From Dirinaria sp. TL-2023a (taxonomy: Eukaryota), in assembly GCA_051941275.1 (NCBI GenBank), contig JAVEBF010000031.1, forward strand, positions 1-44,448: DNA of 44,448 bases. Direction: 5' to 3'. Positions 38,405 through 44,448 of this stretch are shown one piece after another. A program made the position numbers and the translations under genes. Each line of letters begins with the position of its first letter. Within the stretch, counting starts at the first letter, position 1. The notes below the pieces were generated by a model. That model was given only the letters and a program-made list of their open reading frames with translations, was not told the DNA's origin and searched no databases.

Positions 38405-38987
38405 CTGCACTCCTGATGATAGCAATGGAAGAGTCATGATATGTTGGTGGTGGGTTGCATCAGCCTGGAGATGCTAGGTTAGTCCTGGACAGCTGAGGGT
38501 CCAAAAAGTGAGCCAGAGAAGTCCCAGGAGCCAAGCGAGCCAAGCTCATCAAAGGAGGAATTTCAAGTGTAGAACCGGGCAATCGACGCTACGACAAAAG
38601 CGTCTTAGCGGTAAATGACATTAGTACATACTTCCACTTTACCATCAGGATACACTTGATCGTACTGAAGCATGTTCAGCCCATACTCAGTGCCAGCTCT
38701 ACATAATTCTTACCTCCGAACTACTAAGCTATCTACCTTGTGAAATTCTCTCCCTACCAGCACTCTTTATCCCCTCGCCATCGTTTCCCACCGCTTTCTC
38801 ACTAATCCCAGCAGTACTCGCGTTTTGCAGACGCAACTGCCTCCAACATCGCGTTTTGACAGTCACAAAATTTCCTTGTCCACCATCTTCACCTGGCAAT
38901 ACGGAAGAGAAGATTGGAGGGTTTGCTGTTTCTCTAGCAAGCACGCTTGCAGACAATATGGTGCGACATAGGTAGTATTCACAAATC

Positions 38988-41900
38988 ATGTCGAGGTCTT
39001 CCAAGGGTTTTGCGGACTTTTTCCCTACTGCTCCTTCAGTACTTCAGCAGAAGCGTTTCAAAGCTTCTCAAGGCCGGAAAGATCCAAGATCGCCATCGAG
39101 GAAAAATGCCGCCTCATTAAACGCATCCACCATCACCCATACTTCCTCCACTGTCAACTGTGAAGCTCGCCCACAATTCAGTGGTACACCTAGTGCTCCT
39201 TATCAAAGGGAACAACCTTCACATGTGGCGGAAGAGAGCGACATAGTGCATGGTGGTGATCTGCTGAATGGCGTTGGCTCGGCTAGTTCGACTAGTACCT
39301 CCTCCTCAGTTTTCAGCACGAACCATAATACACACGGACTGGCACTTAAAACTGGAACTCATCGCTCTGCCAGTGTGACTCCTCTAACGAATGTCGAGTC
39401 ATCGCCGCCTGACAACGCTTTTGCTTCTCCAGGAACCAAGAATGTCCACTATCCGACCAAGATTGCCAAAGGCGCCCCAAGCTCAGGTGATCATGCTAAA
39501 CCCTCTGAGGAACATGGTGTTGCAACGCCTGCAAATCCTCCGATATTGGCCAAGTCCCGAGCACGCCCTGGCAAAGGGGAGGTAAAGGGTGTCAAAGTAC
39601 TTTACGATCCCGAACTGGACAGCACATTGCGAGGGAAGGAACAGAGGGCCCGAAGAGTCCAGGAAGTTGTGTTTGGCGCGGAGGTAAACAAGCCTCAGCC
39701 CTTTTCCCCTATTCTAATTGACCGAGTAACGCTGACTCAATGCTTGGAAAGGACGCTGATGGGCCGCCAGCCGATCCTCGAGTCAGGATTGCAAGCTATG
39801 TTCGAGGTGCAGCCAACCATCGGAAAACTCGACTTCGAAAGGCGCCGTACGTGGTCAAAAAATATCCTTACGACCGCGGTACCTCAGTTGGACCTGGACC
39901 ACCAAAGATGATCGTGGTTACAGGTTTCGATCCTCTAACATCGGTAAATCAGATTAATGCTCTGTTCTCCAGCTTCGGCGACATCCTTGACATCAGCAAC
40001 GAAACCGACCCCAATACTGGCAGCTGTCTGGGCGTATGTCGCATTCGATACAAAGACAGTAAAGCTGTCCGTGGCGGGGCTCCTGCAACCGCGTCTGACG
40101 CGGCGCGAAAAGCGCATGCAGAATGCAAAGGGGGGCAACATCGTATTGGTGTTCGTACCGTGTTCGTAGAGCTGGATCAAGACGGATCAGTCGGCCGTCG
40201 CGCAATAGCCAAGGCTATCCAAAGAGGGCGCCCAAAGGACCAAATGAATAGAAGGCCTGAAGAGCTATCGATCCGAAAAGATATTGTCGATATGCCAGGA
40301 CCTCCACCAACAGCGCCAAAGGGCCCATCAGGTCGGAATTCAGCGCGGCCTGGTCCAGTCGCTCCGCCACCGCCACCGCCGGAAGGTCCACGAGCGAAGC
40401 CAAATCTCATCGAAGAAATTCCTATCATAGATCAGATCAAGCGGATGCCGTATGTCTTTTTAGCACATTGTTATGTGCCTGTTTTAAGCACAACAGTCCA
40501 ACACCTGAAAAGAAGAATGCGTTCCTACCAGTGGGTAGATATTCGGTGCGATAAAACCGGCTACTACATCATTTTTGAGGATTCTGCAGCAGGTGAAAAG
40601 GAGGCTGAGCGCTGTTATAGAAACTGCCATATGGAGCAGCTGTTCACATATATTATGAACCTGGAATGCCAGCGTTGGGGGAATCCTAAATATGAAAGAA
40701 GCCCTAGTCCAGAAAGAGTCAGAGCACAACAGCGACAGAAAGCGATAGAAGAAAAGAAACAGCGAGAACGTGAGATGGAAATCGAAGATGAGAAGCAGCA
40801 AAGAGCTCTCAATCTGGATCCTGTGATAGGGATGTTGGAAACGTTGCAAAAAGAACTACGGGAAAAGCTTGTTGAAGATGTCAAATCCCGCATTACCGCC
40901 TCTAGTCTTTTCGAATATTTAGATCCTGATCGCCATATTGACAAGCGTAGGAAGCTCAATATTGCAGATCCGCAGGACTGTCGGCGACCAGGGATACATG
41001 TTGACAAAATTGATGGAACACCCACTGTTGGAACCCCTGAACCTCATAATGAGACTAATATTCCGGGGGCTCGGAAACCATTAGCAGCTTCAACACTGAA
41101 TGTTACAGCGCTTCCAAGAATACGGAAAGGCATGTCGAACAAGAGGGAGAATGTCGGGTTTACAGATGAACGCAGAGCGCAAAGAACACGGAGAAAAGTC
41201 GGTATTAGATCACTGCATCATCGTTTGTATCAAACTCGTGAAGATGATGAAGATTCAGAAGATGAGCAGCGGACTTCACTAACAAGGGATACTGAGGAGC
41301 AAGAGAGCCGACCAATGAGTCGGATGAGCACAGCATCTCCTGAATCTGATGAAGAAGCTGATTTCGCAACTTCACAAAATTCACGGAATGATCCTAAAGC
41401 CACATGCTGGGACTCGGAGAGAGATGAACAGGATCTGGCAGTTGACGCAGTTGCAATGACCGAAACTCAGCAAGAAGTATCAGCTGACACACTTTTAAAG
41501 TCCCTTGAATCTAACATTGACAATTTCTCGGCAACAACAAGAAAGCGCAAGCGATTAATTCAGGAGCTCACAGCAAGGAAGAAGCAGAAAGAAGATGAGG
41601 AACTCTTTGGGCTTACTAAAGGCAGGGAAGTATTTGATGAGGCTCTTGTAACAGGTGATCATGAATCGCAACTTGCACAGACAAAGGCCATAACAGACGA
41701 AAGCATTAGTGAGCAATTGGACCATGATTCACAAATCAGGATCGCAAAACCTAAGAAGCCTAAAGCCAAGAAGAAGACCAAGAAACAGATATCCGAGGAG
41801 CGTGAAGCTCTCAAGAAAGCACAAGCTGAAGCGCAACTGGCCGAGCTGCTTGCCACTGCTCCTAAGACCGAAGAAGATGTACCAATGCTTGAAGCTGAGC

Positions 41901-43004
41901 CTGAACCCCAGGTAATTGGAGCTCCCCCAAGAGCCGAGATCAACTGGGGATTTTCCAAAGATAAGCCCAGACGGACCGTGGAAGACGACTCTGATATAGT
42001 CCTAGATCTTGACGGCTGGCAGCACATACTGAAGGATGAGGAGGATTTGACATACTTGAGGCAGGCATTAATTCACCGACCAGCGGCTCGTATCAGCAAC
42101 ATCTCAGCTTGGGCCTGGAAACAAAAGGAAATTAAAGCGCTCAATCGCAATGGCGAGCGAGGCGTTATCCGAGCAGAGACAACGATCGAAGGCTACTATG
42201 TACCGAACTCTTCGGGCTGTGCACGCACTGAGGGATACAAGAAGATTTTGGAATCTGAAAAGTCCAAATATCTACCTCACCGCATCAAAGTACAGAAGGC
42301 CCGTGAAGAAAGGGAGGCATGTGCCAAGGAGGATCCTAGTGGAGTCGTCACGGAAGCAGCCAAACTTGCCGCTGCTAAAATCACTTCGAAGTCAACCTCG
42401 AGGTCTAATCGCGCTAACAATCGCCGCCTAGTCGCTGACATCAACGCTCAGAAGCAATTTCTGGCGACGTCCAGTGGAGATGGTGACGCACTTCGCTTCA
42501 ATCAGCTCAAGAAAAGAAAGAAGCCTGTCAAGTTTGCTCGGTCCGCCATCCATAATTGGGGCCTTTACGCAATGGAGGACATCGCCGCCAACGACATGAT
42601 CATTGAGTATGTTGGTGAAAAGGTTCGACAGCAGGTGGCCGATATGAGAGAACGGCAATATCTCAAAAGCGGGATCGGTAGTAGCTACTTGTTCCGAATC
42701 GACGAGAACAACGTCATTGACGCCACTAAAAGAGGTGGCATTGCTCGATTTATCAACCATAGCTGTACGCCAAATTGCACTGCCAAGATCATCAAGGTGG
42801 AGGGTAGCAAACGCATTGTTATCTACGCCTTACGGGACATTGGGCAAAGTAAATGATCCAATCCAAGACCACTACCAAACTTGCTAACCTCTTTCGATAG
42901 ACGAAGAGCTTACTTACGATTATAAGTTCGAACGCGAAGAGGATAGCGATGATCGGATACCCTGTCTTTGCGGCTCAACTGAGTGCAAAGGATTCCTGAA
43001 CTGA
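38988..43004 (+). CDS. SET1: Histone H3K4 methyltransferase Set1 (RRM, N-SET, SET, post-SET); 3 exons
   Basis: Introns 39684-39751 and 42849-42900. [57 protein letters not shown] and post-[16 protein letters not shown]. Confidence 0.96.
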
Positions 43005-43591
43005 GCGATTACATCTGGTTGGTTTCGGCTAAGCCATCCCATATTAAGGGCATTGCATTGCAGCTATGGAGGCGTGCATCGCAACGGCGTTCTTCAACTC
43101 GCAGGCTGGTGGAGACCTTGCTATTTACTGCAGGAGGAAGAAAAGGTTACGAGGAGATGTTGGCCATCTGAGGCTGCATTTTTGTACCCTAACAGAAAGC
43201 CACATGGTTATGAGAAGAGCAAAATGTGCACATCACCAGACAGCTTTAACGCATTCTGCGAGAGCATGCATCCCCCCATAGATGGGTTGTACATTAGAAT
43301 CAATCAATCAACCTCGTAGCCAATTCCTCGCCCTTATTCGATACCACCACACGGCCTTCGTCCCAAAAGATTTTTTTCTCTGTAGTCTCTGTGCAAGTGG
43401 TCGTCACTTAGGCGGCTGTAAGCTGCTTGTGATTCTGCGCCTGGCTGCGAGGTCGGGGATCTTCCACCGTGCTATACAAAATGTCAAGCATCTTCGCTCG
43501 AGCACTCTTTGGGTGAGTCTGGAAGAGGGGAGATGCGAGACTCCATTGTTGTCGCCATTTTTTTGCAGGCATGATTTTAGTGGTGACTCAT

Positions 43592-44273
43592 TTATACTAG
43601 GGAATAGGACCAAGTCAGCCAAGAACCTTCCTGCTCCAATCCATGTGAGCCTCTACACTCCTCGAGGCCTGTGATAGAAGATTGGAGCGTAGGACTTACC
43701 GAGGTGGCTGGGTAACAAGAAATTCGCGATCCCCTCCTTGATCTTGTACTCGTGCCCGCAATTGCCGCACACCAGCTTCCCCTCCATCACTTCGGTCTCC
43801 AAGAGCAAGGTGTGAAGGTCGCGAAGGGTTTTGTCGTTACCAGTAGCCTCGGAGACATGGGAGGCCGGTTGCGATTGCGATTGCTCCGCAAATAGAGTAG
43901 TTAGGGGGTTTGTAGGTTCGGGTTTAATCTCGGGGACTTGAAAACCGAGCTGTGTGAACATACAAGGAGGATTCTCAGTCAGTCAGCGGACGGACCAGAG
44001 AAGATAGTCTGCAGTTGTGGGGGTGGGTGGGAGGTGGGTTTCGATATCCTAAAAAGGACTCCCTCCTCGCTTCTGAACGGGACTCACCTCTCTGGCGGTA
44101 GTTTTGACGGCGTCCCAATCGATCCGTGGCAGGATATTGATGAGGAATTCGGGGTTGTATGCAATGTCGCTCTGTTCCAGCTCGGCGTCTTTGTAGTGGA
44201 GCGGGAAGCTGAGGGGGGATGATTTGCAGGCTTTCACGGCGCAAGTAAGGAAAGAGGTTGTCAGGATCTTCAT
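43592..44273 (-). CDS. TRM112: Methyltransferase activator Trm112; 3 exons
   Basis: MKILTTSFLTCAVKAC...FPLH...NPEFLINILPRIDW; LHTLLLETEVMEGKLVCGNCGHEYKIKEGIANFLLPSHLV*. Introns 43950-44087 and 43597-43699; the last coding exon is 5 nt. Confidence 0.93.
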
Positions 44274-44448
44274 CCTGGGACGTCAATCTTCGTCGCCAAC
44301 TACCTCAGCCTCCTCTTCGCCGCGGGCGCCCGGAGAAGCTCTGCCTAAACCAGGAGAAGAACTCGGTTGACTAAATCAATTCCCCGCAACGTAGGTATCC
44401 TCGTACCTTATCTTTTATGTACAGTTAAGGTACGGCTCTGTTCTAGTG

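Overview
Gene-dense eukaryotic DNA from a filamentous ascomycete (Pezizomycotina), inferred from short GT-AG introns with CTRAC branch points and from the protein families. Splicing by hand gives 20 protein-coding genes, nearly all housekeeping: EAF1/VID21, a BTB/POZ protein, SPP2, UTP13, STT4, a GCK-III Ste20-like kinase, RAMP4/YSY6, an INA17-like protein, a secreted class-3 lipase, SDH6, PRE4, an FAH-family hydrolase, an HCNGP/SAP30BP-like protein, PRE10, RIB4, GFA1, a histidine-phosphatase/PGM-like protein, SET1 and TRM112 are listed as 19 CDS features; I found no further gene I could support, so 19 is the supported count. Three small multi-exon genes (RAMP4, INA17-like, SDH6) are missing from the ORF track. 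I saw no transposon, tRNA, rRNA or secondary-metabolite cluster. The most notable observations are a candidate U2-type AT-AC intron next to a 9-nt micro-exon in the PGM-like gene, a TAAGGTA/TACCTTA motif that recurs in upstream regions, and a telomere-like 9-mer (TTAGGGTTG) upstream of both proteasome genes. Exon boundaries were placed by eye, and family assignments come from recalled motifs, not database searches.
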